The notes below the pieces were generated by a model, which was given only the letters and a program-made list of their open reading frames with translations, searched no databases and was not told the DNA's origin. A DNA stretch of 64,000 bases, from positions 1 to 64,000 of the forward strand of contig JAYZQJ010000074.1 in assembly GCA_036149055.1 (NCBI GenBank). The letters are read 5' to 3'. This DNA is from Myxococcota bacterium. Lineage in GTDB: Bacteria; Myxococcota_A; Polyangia; Polyangiales; Sandaracinaceae. Shown here piece by piece: positions 1 through 15,827 of the stretch. The position numbers were made by a program, and so were the translations under genes. How positions within the stretch are numbered: position 1 is the stretch's first letter; every line of letters begins with the position of its first letter.

Positions 1-67
1 ATCGGCCGCGTAAGTACGCGGAATCACATGAGCGGGGTCCGGCACGGGCGATGAAACGGGTGGCGGC

Positions 68-1303
68 GTGTCCGACCCCGCCGTCCAGGTGGCGAACGCG
101 CAGGTGGCGATCACCCGGCGCTGCACCCACCGCAAGCTCCTCTGGACTCCGTCCGAGCCGTGGATCCAGGAGGGCTTTCTGTATCTCTGGGCCTGGGCCG
201 CGCACCAGCTGAAGGTACGGATCCACGGCGTCGCGCTCGAGCCGAACCACTACCACGGCGACGTCACGCCGACACAAGCGAACTTGCCCCAGTTCACGCA
301 GCGCGCGCACCGGGACACCGCGCTCTTCTTGATGGACGCGCTCGAGGAGCTCGGCTACGACCGGCCGCCCTGCGTGTGGGACAAGGAACCCACCCACTAC
401 ATGCGCCTGATGGACACGGGCGCCTGCATCGACTGGGCGCTCTACATGCGCGCGCAGCCGGTGGCGGATGGGCTGGTGGAGCGGACGGCGGACTACCCGG
501 GGATCAACACGCCGCTGGCGTTGCGGGCGGGCGGGACGATGGCCTTGAAGCGGCCCGCGCTCCGGCACACGCCGGACATGCCCACGGAGCTGGAGGTGAA
601 GGTCTGGCCGAGCGCGCTGCTCACGCGGGGCTTCGGGGGCGACGTGCGCAAGTCGGTGCACGTGCTGGAGAAGCGGGAGCGGGAGCTGGAGGCGCGGTTT
701 CGGGCGGAGCGGAGGCGGACGGGGAAGCGAGCGCTGGGCGCAGAGGTGGTGAAGCGGATCCATCCCTACGCCGAGCCCCGCACCCCGCGTCAGCAGGGCC
801 CGAGGCCGCCGGCGTGGAAGGTCGGCGGCGAGGCGATGGAGAGCCGCGAGGACCTCGAGGCGAAGCGGGAGAGGCTGGCCGAAGAGCACGCACGCTTCGT
901 GGACGAGCACGGCGCGTGCCGGCGAAAGTGGCGCGACGGGGACCGCGACGTGATCTACCCGGCCGGCACCTACGAGATGGCGGTCGAGCATCGGGTGAGC
1001 GTCGCCGAGCCTCGCGAAGACGCCTGGCTCTGCGCGCCGGGAGACCTCTCGATGGTGCCCGAAGGGGGCCGACGGAAGGTGACGGTCGGGGTCGACGTCG
1101 ACGGGGTGATGGAGGCGTTGAAGGAGGACGCGCTCGGCGAGGTCACGCAGCCCGGCGACGTGCTGCGGCCCGACGAAGAGCGCGCGGACGGCGAAGCCGA
1201 GGGCACCGAGCTCGAGCCCCCGGCCCGCAGCGCCGAGCGCGAGCACCCGCCGCGCCAGGTCACGCCCCGCACGCGGCGGCGGAAGCCGAAGGCGCCGTCG
1301 TAG
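68..1303 (+). mobile_element. REP-associated tyrosine transposase-like (RAYT / IS200-type HUH) protein
   Basis: N-terminal 'ITRRC', HUH motif 'PNHYH' and C-terminal 'YPAGTY' resemble RAYT-like proteins. No IS ends were identified. Confidence 0.6.
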
Positions 1304-1516
1304 CTCGGCTCAGAGGCCGTCGAAGGCCACGCGCGGCTCGGTTTCGGCCCGGGCCGCGCGTTCGTGCGTCCGTCTTCGGACGTGAGGTGTAGGAATCTGC
1401 TCTGAGCGGCGAGTGGCGTGAGGATCGGGGCCATCGGTCGGCTCTCGGGACCGCACGAAGGGCGCAGAGGGTCGCGTAGCGGCGCGACGCGGACGCTGGG
1501 AGGCGTTGATCCGGGA

Positions 1517-1551
1517 CCAACCTGGGTTGCCAGACGTCCAACCTGGGTTGG
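1517..1551. repeat. Two tandem copies of a short palindrome (CCAACCTGGGTTG, period 21 bp)
   Basis: ccaacctgggttg occurs at 1517-1529 and 1538-1550. The second copy extends to the inverted repeat CCAACC-TG-GGTTGG. Confidence 0.75.
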
Positions 1552-1594
1552 CGCACAGGCCCACCTCCATGGCAAATCGTGCAACCCTCGACCG

Positions 1595-2749
1595 ATGCAT
1601 CCGACGGCGCGCACGTGGGGTCCGGCGACGCTCCCGAAGGTCGCCCCAGAAATCCGCGCCACCCACCTCCGCGCCCTGCTGGCTCGCGAGGGGCGCCACG
1701 AGCATCACCTGATGGTCGTCGCCTCCGTCGGCGAGGCGCAGCTCGAGGCCGTCTGCGCGACCGAGCCCCTCTTCTTCGCGCACGCCAACGTCTCCGACGA
1801 ATGGGTCATCCCCCTGAGGACGGGAGATCCGCTGCTCGACGCCGCGCCGCTCCGCGTGTTCCTCTCCGATCCCACCACCAACGAAGACGTCGGGCGCCTG
1901 AACCATCGCGTGGGGGACGCCGTCTTGCACCCTCACGGCTGGCTGCATTGGCCCGGGCGGCTCCGGCCTCCGTTCGAAGCTCCCGCGTTCCCCGACGGGC
2001 GGCGCCGCGCCCTGGCGAGCGTGGCCTTCTGCGCGAGCGTCCCGCTCCCGCCGCGTCCCGACCGTCCGACTCCGGTCGCGCCCGGTCGCGAGGCCGACGC
2101 GAAGGCCTACGTGTCTCCGCCCCCTCCACTCTCGCTCGTCGACGTCGAGCACCTCGACGCGCACATCGGCGACGCACACCTCCGCTGGTCGGAGCCTCCC
2201 TTCGCGCCGCCCCGCGGCGGCTACGTGCTCACACCCGAAGGCGCCCTCTTCTTCGTGCCGCCCGGCCAGTCCCTCCCCCTCCCCTCCGGCGCCCTGCTCC
2301 TCTCCTCCGCGACCCGGGACGCTCACCCGCCGCCTCGAGCCTGGGAGCGCGTGCCGGATCGGCCCTTCGACGTCTACGAAGCGCACCCTCCGCGCGCCCT
2401 CCCCCTCGACCTCGGCGACCTCCACGCGTCGGCGCTCGACGAACGCGCCGTGACCCTCCGCATCCAGTCCAGCGCCGCGGTCGTCCCTCGCCACTGGCTC
2501 GCCCGCATGCTCTTCCGGATCGCCCTCCACACCCTCGTCGTCGACGGCGTCCGCCAGCCGCTCCCCCGCCCCTGCCTCGGCTACGTCGAGACCTACGGCG
2601 GCTTCTACTACGACGATCGATCCGGCGATCACGTGCTCGGTCTCCGCGACGGCGCCTCGCTCTCTCTCCCACCCGAGTCCCTCGCGTCCACGCTCGAGTC
2701 GCTCTACCGCGCCGTCGCGCCCCGCGGTTATGTGGAAGATCCGAGGTGA
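1595..2749 (+). CDS. Hypothetical protein with a cupin-like His motif
   Basis: ORF 1418..2749, with a likely ATG at 1595. Motifs are HANVSDE and LHPHGWLHWP. Confidence 0.55.
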   Translation: MHPTARTWGPATLPKVAPEIRATHLRALLAREGRHEHHLMVVASVGEAQLEAVCATEPLFFAHANVSDEWVIPLRTGDPLLDAAPLRVFLSDPTTNEDVGRLNHRVGDAVLHPHGWLHWPGRLRPPFEAPAFPDGRRRALASVAFCASVPLPPRPDRPTPVAPGREADAKAYVSPPPPLSLVDVEHLDAHIGDAHLRWSEPPFAPPRGGYVLTPEGALFFVPPGQSLPLPSGALLLSSATRDAHPPPRAWERVPDRPFDVYEAHPPRALPLDLGDLHASALDERAVTLRIQSSAAVVPRHWLARMLFRIALHTLVVDGVRQPLPRPCLGYVETYGGFYYDDRSGDHVLGLRDGASLSLPPESLASTLESLYRAVAPRGYVEDPR

Positions 2750-2800
2750 GCGACACATTCCCGAGTTTTCCGACGCGTTTCGTGTGCTAATGGAGGGTCC

Positions 2801-4570
2801 ATGGGCTGGGAGGCCTGGTTCACCGTCGTCGTCACGCTGGTCATGGTCGTCGCCATGGCGCGCAACGTCGCGGGTCCGGACTTCGTCCTCCTCGGCGGCC
2901 TGACGCTCCTCGTGACCGCCGGCGTGGTCCCCCTGGACCGCGCGACGATCGGGTTCTCCAACGAGGGCATGCTCACCGTGGCCGCGCTCTTCGTGGTCGC
3001 CGCCGGCGTGCGCGACACGGGGGGCCTCGACTCCATCCTCCGCCAGGTCCTCGGCCGCCCCTCCCGGCTCGTCAGCGCTCAGCTCCGCCTGATGATCCCG
3101 GTCGCCGCGGTGAGCGGCTTCCTCAACAACACACCCGTCGTGGCCATGATGGTCCCGGTGGTGACGGACTGGGCGCGCCGCGTCCGCCTCCCGCTGTCGC
3201 GCCTGCTCATCCCCCTCAGCTACGCGTCCATCCTCGGCGGCACCTGCACGCTCTTCGGCACGAGCACCAACCTCGTCGTCTACGGGATGCTCCGCGATCA
3301 CGACGCGTCCATCGCGCTCGGGCTCTTCGACATCGCGGTGCTCGGCCTGCCCGCGGTCTGCGTCGGCATGGTCTACGTGGTCCTCGCCGCCCCCTACCTG
3401 CTCCCCGATCGCACCCGCTCGACCCAGCTCATCGAGCGCCCGCGCGAGTACTCGGTGTCGATGCGCGTGACCCCCGAGTCGCCCATCGTCGGCCAGACCA
3501 TCGAGGAGGCCGGCCTCCGCCAGCTCCCCGGCCTGTTCCTCGTCGAGATCGAGCGCGAGAGCGAGATCATCCCGGCGGTCGCGCCGGAGACCCGCATCCA
3601 CGCGAGCGACCACCTCCTCTTCGTCGGCGCGGTGGACTCGGTGAAGGATCTCCGCCGCATCCGGGGCCTCGTGCCCGCCTCGGATCAGGTCGATCACCTG
3701 ATGGAGGCGCGCCCCGATCGCGAGCTGCTCGAGGCGGTCGTCGCCCGGACCTCGTCGCTCGCCGGGCAGAGCGTGCGCGACAGCCGCTTCCGCACCCGCT
3801 TCGGCGCCGCGATCATCGCGGTGCATCGCGACGGCGACCGCGTCATGGGCAAGGTCGGTGACATCGTGCTCGCCGCCGGCGACGTGCTCCTGCTCGAGGC
3901 GCCGCCGAGCTTCTACCGCCGTCACCGGCACGATCCCTCCTTCGCGCTGGTCACCCCGGTCGAGGAGTCGATGCCGCCGAACCACCGCAAGGCGCCGATC
4001 GCGCTCGGCCTCCTCGCCGGCATGGTGATCCTCAGCGCGACCGGCATGCTCCCGCTGCTGACCGCCGCCCTGGTCGCCGCCGGCCTCATGCTCGCCTCCG
4101 GCTGCCTCAAGGGCACCACCGCCCGCCGCGCGCTCGACGTGCGCGTGCTGCTCGCGATCGCGGCCGCCTTCGGGGTCGGCGCGGCCCTCGAGGACAGCGG
4201 CGCGGCGGAGGCGCTCGGCCGCGGCCTGGTCGACATCGCCGTGCCGCTCGGCCCGATCGCGGTGCTCGGCGCGATCTACCTGGCCACGATGGTGCTGACC
4301 GAGCTGGTGACGAACAACGCCGCCGCCGCGCTCATGTTCCCCATCGTCGCCGCCGCCTGCGACGCCTCGACCCTCCCCCTGGTCCCGGCCGCGCTGGTGA
4401 CGATGATGGCCGCCTCCGCCAGCTTCTCCACCCCCATCGGCTACCAGACGAACCTGATGGTCTACGGCCCCGGCGGCTACCGCTTCAGCGACTTCCTCCG
4501 CTTCGGCATCCCGCTCCAGCTCCTGCTCGGCACGGTGGTGGTGAGCGTCGCGAGCCTCCTCTGGCTCTGA
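2801..4570 (+). CDS. SLC13-family permease with TrkA-C (RCK_C) domains
   Basis: Multiple TM segments, 'FLNNTPVVA', 'GTSTNLVV', 'TNNAAA' and 'PIGYQTNLMVYGPGGY', with central soluble TrkA-C repeats. Confidence 0.9.
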   Translation: MGWEAWFTVVVTLVMVVAMARNVAGPDFVLLGGLTLLVTAGVVPLDRATIGFSNEGMLTVAALFVVAAGVRDTGGLDSILRQVLGRPSRLVSAQLRLMIPVAAVSGFLNNTPVVAMMVPVVTDWARRVRLPLSRLLIPLSYASILGGTCTLFGTSTNLVVYGMLRDHDASIALGLFDIAVLGLPAVCVGMVYVVLAAPYLLPDRTRSTQLIERPREYSVSMRVTPESPIVGQTIEEAGLRQLPGLFLVEIERESEIIPAVAPETRIHASDHLLFVGAVDSVKDLRRIRGLVPASDQVDHLMEARPDRELLEAVVARTSSLAGQSVRDSRFRTRFGAAIIAVHRDGDRVMGKVGDIVLAAGDVLLLEAPPSFYRRHRHDPSFALVTPVEESMPPNHRKAPIALGLLAGMVILSATGMLPLLTAALVAAGLMLASGCLKGTTARRALDVRVLLAIAAAFGVGAALEDSGAAEALGRGLVDIAVPLGPIAVLGAIYLATMVLTELVTNNAAAALMFPIVAAACDASTLPLVPAALVTMMAASASFSTPIGYQTNLMVYGPGGYRFSDFLRFGIPLQLLLGTVVVSVASLLWL

Positions 4571-4592
4571 GCCTCGGTGTACCCTGCGCCCG

Positions 4593-5507
4593 ATGCGCGC
4601 GGCCTGCCTCTTCGCCGTCCTCCTGCTCGGGTGCGACCCCGCCCTCGGCGACTGCGACCCCGCGCGCGCGGAGACGCTCGTCTTCGACGTGAACGGCTAC
4701 CCCGCCTTCGAGGGGCAAGCGCTCGTGCAGGTGTCCTGCGGCAACGGCGTCTTCTGCCACGCCGCCGAGCTCCCGCCCGAGCGTCGCCTCGGCGCTCCGG
4801 TCGGCATGAGCTTCGACATGGTGGGATCGCGCACCCCCAGCGATCGCCTCCTCGACGTCGCCGGCATCGTCCGGCTCGAGCGCGGCCGCGAGACCCTGCT
4901 CGCCCAGGCCGGGGACTGCCTCGCGCAGGTGCGGAGCGGGGCCATGCCGCCGGGCCGCTCCGGCGTCGAGGTCCAGGCCCTCGGCCTCTACCCCGATCTG
5001 CCCCGCATCGACTCGGCCGAAGGCGAGGACGTGCTGCGGAACTGGCTCGCCTGCGGCGCCCCGGTCGTCGAGCGCACCACCGAGCCGCGCGGCGGCGTGG
5101 GCCCCGGCGAGCGCTGCGAGCCCGGCGCGGTCGGGGCCTGCGTGGTGCGCGCCGAGGTCGAGCCGGTGTCGCCCACCTTCGCCTCCATCTACGCGCGCGT
5201 GCTCTTCCCCGCCTGCGGCAACAGCTGCCACGGCCCGGGCGCGCCCGAGCTCGCGGCCTCGCACGACCTCGATCTCTCCTCGCCGAGCGTCGCCTACGAG
5301 GAGCTCCTCCGCCCGGGCGTCGAGACGGTCTGCGGCGGCGCGCCCCGCGTCGTCCCTGGCGACCCGGCGGCGTCCCTCCTCGTCTCCAAGCTCGAGGAGC
5401 GGCTCGAGCAGTGCGGCGACCGCATGCCGATCAGCGGCCCCTACCTCGACGCGCCCACCCTCCAGGCGATCCGCGACTGGATCTCTTCCGGCGCGCCGCG
5501 CGAATAA
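4593..5507 (+). CDS. Putative c-type cytochrome lipoprotein with atypical heme motifs
   Basis: Lipobox LLGC. Motifs are CGNGVFCH and CGNSCH, each followed downstream by MP...W, plus 'VVPGDPAASLLVSKL'. Confidence 0.6.
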   Translation: MRAACLFAVLLLGCDPALGDCDPARAETLVFDVNGYPAFEGQALVQVSCGNGVFCHAAELPPERRLGAPVGMSFDMVGSRTPSDRLLDVAGIVRLERGRETLLAQAGDCLAQVRSGAMPPGRSGVEVQALGLYPDLPRIDSAEGEDVLRNWLACGAPVVERTTEPRGGVGPGERCEPGAVGACVVRAEVEPVSPTFASIYARVLFPACGNSCHGPGAPELAASHDLDLSSPSVAYEELLRPGVETVCGGAPRVVPGDPAASLLVSKLEERLEQCGDRMPISGPYLDAPTLQAIRDWISSGAPRE

Positions 5508-5523
5508 CGGGTAGATTCGACCG

Positions 5524-6030
5524 GTGCAGCTCACTCTCCCCATGCTGATGACGACGGTCGGGCTGGTGCTGCTGAACTGCGGCCCGAGCGGCCCCGATCT
5601 CTGCGAGGGCGACGAGGCGCCGATGGTGCTGATCGGGCAAGGCGTCGGCGGCGCGTTCGTGGAGCTCGAGGACGCGCAGGAGGTGACCCTGTCGGTGGCC
5701 CCCCAGGGCGGCTTCGGCGTCCCGGTGGTCGTGCAGACCCAGGGCCTCGTCGCGGGCGACGACGTGCAGTCGATGGTGGTCCTCGAGCCTCGCCAGGGCG
5801 CCGAGATCCTGGGCACCTTCGAGACCCGCGCCCCGCTCCAGTGCCGCTCGGACGGCGCGGGCGGCAACGTGGTGGGCGTGGTCGTGGGCTTCGATCCCGA
5901 TCGCTACCGCAGCAACGACGACCTCCTCGCGCTCGACGGTCAGGTGGTCGAGCTGCACATCACGGTGACCGACCGAGAGGGCCGGGTCGGCGTCGGCGTC
6001 AAGCCGGTCACGATCCGCGTCGGGGGCTGA
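5524..6030 (+). CDS. Hypothetical lipoprotein
   Basis: Signal peptide with LLNC. Its stop codon overlaps the next ATG (TGATG). Confidence 0.6.
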   Translation: MQLTLPMLMTTVGLVLLNCGPSGPDLCEGDEAPMVLIGQGVGGAFVELEDAQEVTLSVAPQGGFGVPVVVQTQGLVAGDDVQSMVVLEPRQGAEILGTFETRAPLQCRSDGAGGNVVGVVVGFDPDRYRSNDDLLALDGQVVELHITVTDREGRVGVGVKPVTIRVGG

Positions 6031-8045
6031 TGCGCTGGCTGCTCGCGCTCGTGCTCGCGCTCCTCGCGGTCGGCTGTGACCGCGGCCCCCGCCGCGGCGA
6101 GGGCGGCGGCGGCGATCAGTGCCTGAGCTGCCACCGGGGCATCGAGCAGGCGCACGGCCCCATCCCGGCCGACGAGTGCACCATCTGTCACGGCGGGGAC
6201 GGCAGCGCGCGGGAGAAGGCGCGCGCCCACGTGCCCATCCCCGACAACTGGGCCGAGGTCCGCGGCGACGGCCTGCCCCCCGCGCCCGAGGGCTTCATCG
6301 AGGACTTCGCCTCCGATCAGCTCGACGCCATCGACCCGGCCTACGTGCGCTTCATCAACCCCGGCGACATCCGCGTGATGTGGTCGAGCTGCGGCCGGTG
6401 TCACCCCAGCCAGGCGCGCTCGATGCCCAACTCGGTGATGACGACGAACGCCGGTCACTACTACCCCACCCTGCTGCTCGCCGGGCTCCAGGACGAGCCG
6501 CTCGCGCTCTACGGCTCCTACGAGGCCACCGACCCCGACTGCGACCCGAGCATCCCCGGCACGGTCTGCGAGGTCCGGCGGCTGGTCCCGCCCGGGCGCG
6601 AGGCGATCCTCGACGTGGTCGGCACCGGCGACGCGGGCGCGATCGAGGCGCTCGCCTACGACCACTACCTCGCGAAGAACTGCAACACCTGCCACCAGGC
6701 CGGCTACCCCCGCAACGACTCTCCCGGACTCTACCGCTCCACCGGCTGCACCGGCTGCCACATGATCTACGGCGAGCTGGGCAGCTACGAGGGCGGCGAC
6801 CCCACGATCCCGCGCGGCGTGCCCGTGCACCCGCTCCGCCACGAGATCACGCGCGCGGTGACGACCCAGCAGTGCGCCACCTGTCACTTCCAGGGTGGCC
6901 GCATCGGCCTCCTCTACCAGGGCATCCGCGAGGGCGGCTTCGGCGCGGCCTGGACCCCCGAGCACGCCGAGCCCATCGACCGGACCCTCTACGGGCACGC
7001 GGCGGGCTACTACTTCACCGACGAGGACACGCGGAACACCTTCGACGAGACGCCGCCGGACGTGCACTTCGAGCGCGGCATGCACTGCGCCGACTGCCAC
7101 GTGGGCGCCGAGGTCCACGGTGACGGCCGCCTCTACTCCACCTCCAAGCACCAGGTCGACCTGCGCTGCGAGGACTGCCACGGCGACGCGACCACCCCGG
7201 CCGCCCCCGGCGATGACGGCTTCTTCCGCACCGCGCGCGGCCGCCGCCTGCCGCAGCTCTCGGTCGACGCGGACGGCGCGGTGGTGCTGACCGGGATCGT
7301 CGACGGCGCGGAGCACCGCGTGCCGCAGCCCGCCCTGCTCCTCGCGCCGGGCGGCGGCGCGACCGACGAGATGCGCGCCGCGATGGGCCCGATGGCGAGC
7401 GGCTTCTCGCACGTGGGCAACCTGACCTGCGACACCTGCCACACGTCCTACAACCAGACCTGCGTCGGCTGCCACGTCAGCTACGACCTGCGGCTCAGCC
7501 AGGTCGACTACCAGACCGGGCAGATCACCCCCGGCCTCACCCGGGGCAGCCGCAGCGCCTACACGCTCGACACCGTGCTGCTCGGTCAGGCCCCCGACGG
7601 GCGCATCCAGACGGTCGTCCCCTCGCAGCAGGTGCAGATGGCCGTCATCGGCGCCGACGACTTCGGCACCGCCGACGGCGAGGTGCTGGTGGGCGCGCGG
7701 GACGGCGACCGCACGATCGGCGCCTTCCGGGAGGCGTTCGGATCCACCGCGAACAACGGCTTCGCGCCCTTCTTCCAGCACACCACGTCGCGCCACGCCC
7801 GCGGCTGCGCCACCTGCCACCGCCGCGACGACTCGGCGGAGGAGCTGGAGCGGGTGCGCGGCGTCTACGGCTTCGGCACCGGCGAGTTCCTGCTCGAGGC
7901 CCACGACGGCCGCATGATCGACGGCCTGCGTTTCCTCGCCGACGACGGGACCCCGACCACCACCTGGGTACACCCGGGCACCGGCCCCGTACCCGAGGCG
8001 CGGCGCGATCGGGCCCTCGGCGTGCAGCTCGACGCCCTCCCGTGA
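6030..8045 (+). CDS. Multiheme c-type cytochrome lipoprotein (11 CxxCH)
   Basis: ATG at 6030 and lipobox AVGC. Motifs: CLSCH, CTICH, CGRCH, CNTCH, CTGCH, CATCH, CADCH, CEDCH, CDTCH, CVGCH, CATCH. Confidence 0.9.
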   Translation: MRWLLALVLALLAVGCDRGPRRGEGGGGDQCLSCHRGIEQAHGPIPADECTICHGGDGSAREKARAHVPIPDNWAEVRGDGLPPAPEGFIEDFASDQLDAIDPAYVRFINPGDIRVMWSSCGRCHPSQARSMPNSVMTTNAGHYYPTLLLAGLQDEPLALYGSYEATDPDCDPSIPGTVCEVRRLVPPGREAILDVVGTGDAGAIEALAYDHYLAKNCNTCHQAGYPRNDSPGLYRSTGCTGCHMIYGELGSYEGGDPTIPRGVPVHPLRHEITRAVTTQQCATCHFQGGRIGLLYQGIREGGFGAAWTPEHAEPIDRTLYGHAAGYYFTDEDTRNTFDETPPDVHFERGMHCADCHVGAEVHGDGRLYSTSKHQVDLRCEDCHGDATTPAAPGDDGFFRTARGRRLPQLSVDADGAVVLTGIVDGAEHRVPQPALLLAPGGGATDEMRAAMGPMASGFSHVGNLTCDTCHTSYNQTCVGCHVSYDLRLSQVDYQTGQITPGLTRGSRSAYTLDTVLLGQAPDGRIQTVVPSQQVQMAVIGADDFGTADGEVLVGARDGDRTIGAFREAFGSTANNGFAPFFQHTTSRHARGCATCHRRDDSAEELERVRGVYGFGTGEFLLEAHDGRMIDGLRFLADDGTPTTTWVHPGTGPVPEARRDRALGVQLDALP

Positions 8046-8079
8046 CCGTCTCGGCACGCGTCCTGCTAACCTGCCCGGC

Positions 8080-9083
8080 GTGACTCGCTTCGGCACAGCT
8101 CGCTCCACCGCGGCTCCGGTGATCCTGGCCGCGCTCGCGCTCCTCGGCTGCCCCGGCCCCGAGGAGCCCGACCTCACCTGGCGACCCGCGTTCGACGCCG
8201 AGGACGCGGGCTGGCTCATGAACGCGTGGGGCCCGGCCGAGGACGACATCTACGCCGTGGGGGGCGCGCTGGACGCGGGCGGCGTGATGCACTTCGACGG
8301 CGAGACCTGGTCGCCGATGACCACCCCCGAGGTCCCGCTCCTCAACTGGACCTTCGGCTTCGCCGCCGACGACGTCCACGTGGTCGGGAACGACGGCACG
8401 ATCCTGCACTGGGACGGCGCCGCCTGGAGCGCGATGGAGAGCCCGACCGACCAGGATCTGTGGGGCGTCTGGGGCGCCGCGCCCGACGACGTGTGGGCGG
8501 TCGGCGGGACCGCGCGGCGGCCCGGCGGCGTGCCCACCGTCATCCACTTCGACGGGGAGCGCTGGTCGCGGGTCGAGACCCCGACCCCGATGCGCGAGAA
8601 CGTCTTCGCCTACTTCAAGGTGTGGGGCTCCGGCCCGGACGACGTCTACGTCGTCGGCGACGCGGGCATCGTGCTGCACTGGGACGGCGCCGCGTTCGAG
8701 GAGCTCTTCGTCGGGGCCACCGACGACCTGGTGGCGGTGTGGGGCCTCGGCCCGGACTTCGTCGTCGCGGTCGGCGGCCGCGGCAACGGCATCGTGTCGT
8801 TCTGGAACGGCGAGACCTGGCGGAGCGAGATCGTCTCCCCGCTGCCCGGCCTCAACGGCGTCTGGATGCGCTCGCCCGACGAGGTGCACATCGCCGGCCT
8901 CCGCGGCACCCTCGCGGTCTTCGACCCCGAGACCTTCACCTTCGAGGAGCCGCCGATCACGACCGCGCTGGATTACCATGCGCTGCACGGAAATGGCTCT
9001 ACCCTGTATGCCGTCGGCGGGAACCTGACCTTCCCCGCGGAGCCCGTCGGCGTCGCTTTCTTGCGTGACCTGGAAGCCCCGGA

Positions 9084-9087
<4 letters not shown>
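8080..9087 (+). CDS. Beta-propeller repeat lipoprotein
   Basis: Lipobox LLGC and repeated 'vWGxxPDDvyaVG...lHwDG' blades. Confidence 0.75.
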
Positions 9088-11402
<2,315 letters not shown>

Positions 11403-11412
11403 TCCCGGCGCT

Positions 11413-11790
11413 TCAGCGACGGGACACGCCGAGGGCCGCGACCAGGGCCACCGCCGCGGCGGTGAGCGTGATCCAGAGCCCGAGGCCGGTGGTGGCGAAG
11501 AAGGCCCGCACGAGCTGCCAGCCGAGGTAGCCGAACACCCCCGCCCCGAACCCGAAGCCCACCCAGCGCGCCCGGTCGCTGCCCGTCGCGCCGGCGATCA
11601 GCATCGCCAGCCCCCCGAGCGGCACCGCCACCAGCGCCGCCCGCAGCGTCCACGGCACGTGGTCGCGGATCAGGATCTGCCACCCGGAGGCGCTGACCAG
11701 CCCTCCGAGGTCCAGGAAGGGGAGGAAGAAGGCGACGATGGCCGCGAGGCCCGCCGCGGCGAGCAGCCCGTTCGAGGTGGAGCGCGTCAT
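11413..11790 (-). CDS. Small integral membrane protein
   Basis: ATG at 11790 (MTRSTSNGLLAAAG...) and about 4 hydrophobic segments. Confidence 0.65.
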   Translation of the reverse strand: MTRSTSNGLLAAAGLAAIVAFFLPFLDLGGLVSASGWQILIRDHVPWTLRAALVAVPLGGLAMLIAGATGSDRARWVGFGFGAGVFGYLGWQLVRAFFATTGLGLWITLTAAAVALVAALGVSRR

Positions 11791-11895
11791 GCCCCGGTCT
11801 ACGCCCCCTCGCGCGCCGCGCTTCCCTTCGTTCGTCAGCCTGCCCGTTCCGATCGCGCGGCTCCGCCGTCCCTGCTTCGCGCCAGCTGACCGGCG

Positions 11896-12296
11896 GCGAG
11901 ACCGACACCGACTCCGAGTCCGACGCCGAGACCGAGACCGAGACCGAGTCCGAGTCCGAGTCCGAGACCGAGTCCGAGACCGACGCCGAATCCGACGCCG
12001 AGACCGAGTCCGAGACCGACGCGATTCCGAGTCCGAGACCGCCCCCGATCCGGAGCTCGGCGCCAACCTCGAGTCGTGGCGGCAGCGAGACCGGCAGCGG
12101 CAGCGAGACCGGCAGCGGCAGCGAGACCGGCAGCGGCAGCGCGACCGGCAGCGGCAGCGAGACCGGCAGCGGCTCCACGGCCTCGGCGAGCTCGCATACC
12201 CATTCCTCCTCGCCTCCCCCCTCTCTTCTCCCCTGATCTGCGTCGACAACGAGGTCGGACTCGGTCTCTACCTCTATCTCGGTCTCGGTCTCGGTT
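11896..12296. repeat. Low-complexity hexamer / 18-mer repeat tract with an inverted copy
   Basis: GAGACC/GAGTCC hexamers at about 11896-12040, CGGCAGCGAGACCGGCAG 18-mers at about 12081-12172, and reverse-complement CTCGGT hexamers at about 12260-12296. Confidence 0.85.
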
Positions 12297-12349
12297 GACG
12301 AGGAGGGGGGTCATCGGCTCTCCCGGAGAGAGCGCGCTAGAGTCCTCGG

Positions 12350-12700
12350 GTGCTTCACGCCCCCCCTCGGATCTTCGAACGCGTCCGCACGCTGGAGCTC
12401 GACGTGGAGCTCGGCGGCGAGCCGATGACGCTGCGTCTGGAGCTCTTCAAGGCGCGCCATCAGGCGCAGCTCTATCGCGCGCGGCTCTGGCGCCGGGAGC
12501 TCTTCCGGATGACGCCGTCGTTCCCGCGGGACGACGACGACCAGCCGACCGAGCGCACCGATGACACGCTCTTCGTCGACTGGTCGGACTTCCTCGAGGA
12601 CGACCTCGAGGAGCTCATCGCGAGCTCGGACGAGCAGGCGGAGGAGAAGGCGCTCGGCGAGCTGCGCAAGGCGCTCGCCGCCGCCTCCTGGGTGGTCTGA
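12350..12700 (+). CDS. Hypothetical protein
   Basis: 116-aa ORF with plausible composition, convergent with the RND gene. Confidence 0.6.
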   Translation: MLHAPPRIFERVRTLELDVELGGEPMTLRLELFKARHQAQLYRARLWRRELFRMTPSFPRDDDDQPTERTDDTLFVDWSDFLEDDLEELIASSDEQAEEKALGELRKALAAASWVV

Positions 12701-15817
<3,117 letters not shown>

Positions 15818-15827
15818 CGGAGGCTCC

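Noticed and set aside
6..56. sigma54 promoter (GGCACG...ATGA) with an upstream palindrome before the transposase
   Set aside because: The -12 element reads GA instead of GC and the context is cut by the window edge, so support is too weak.
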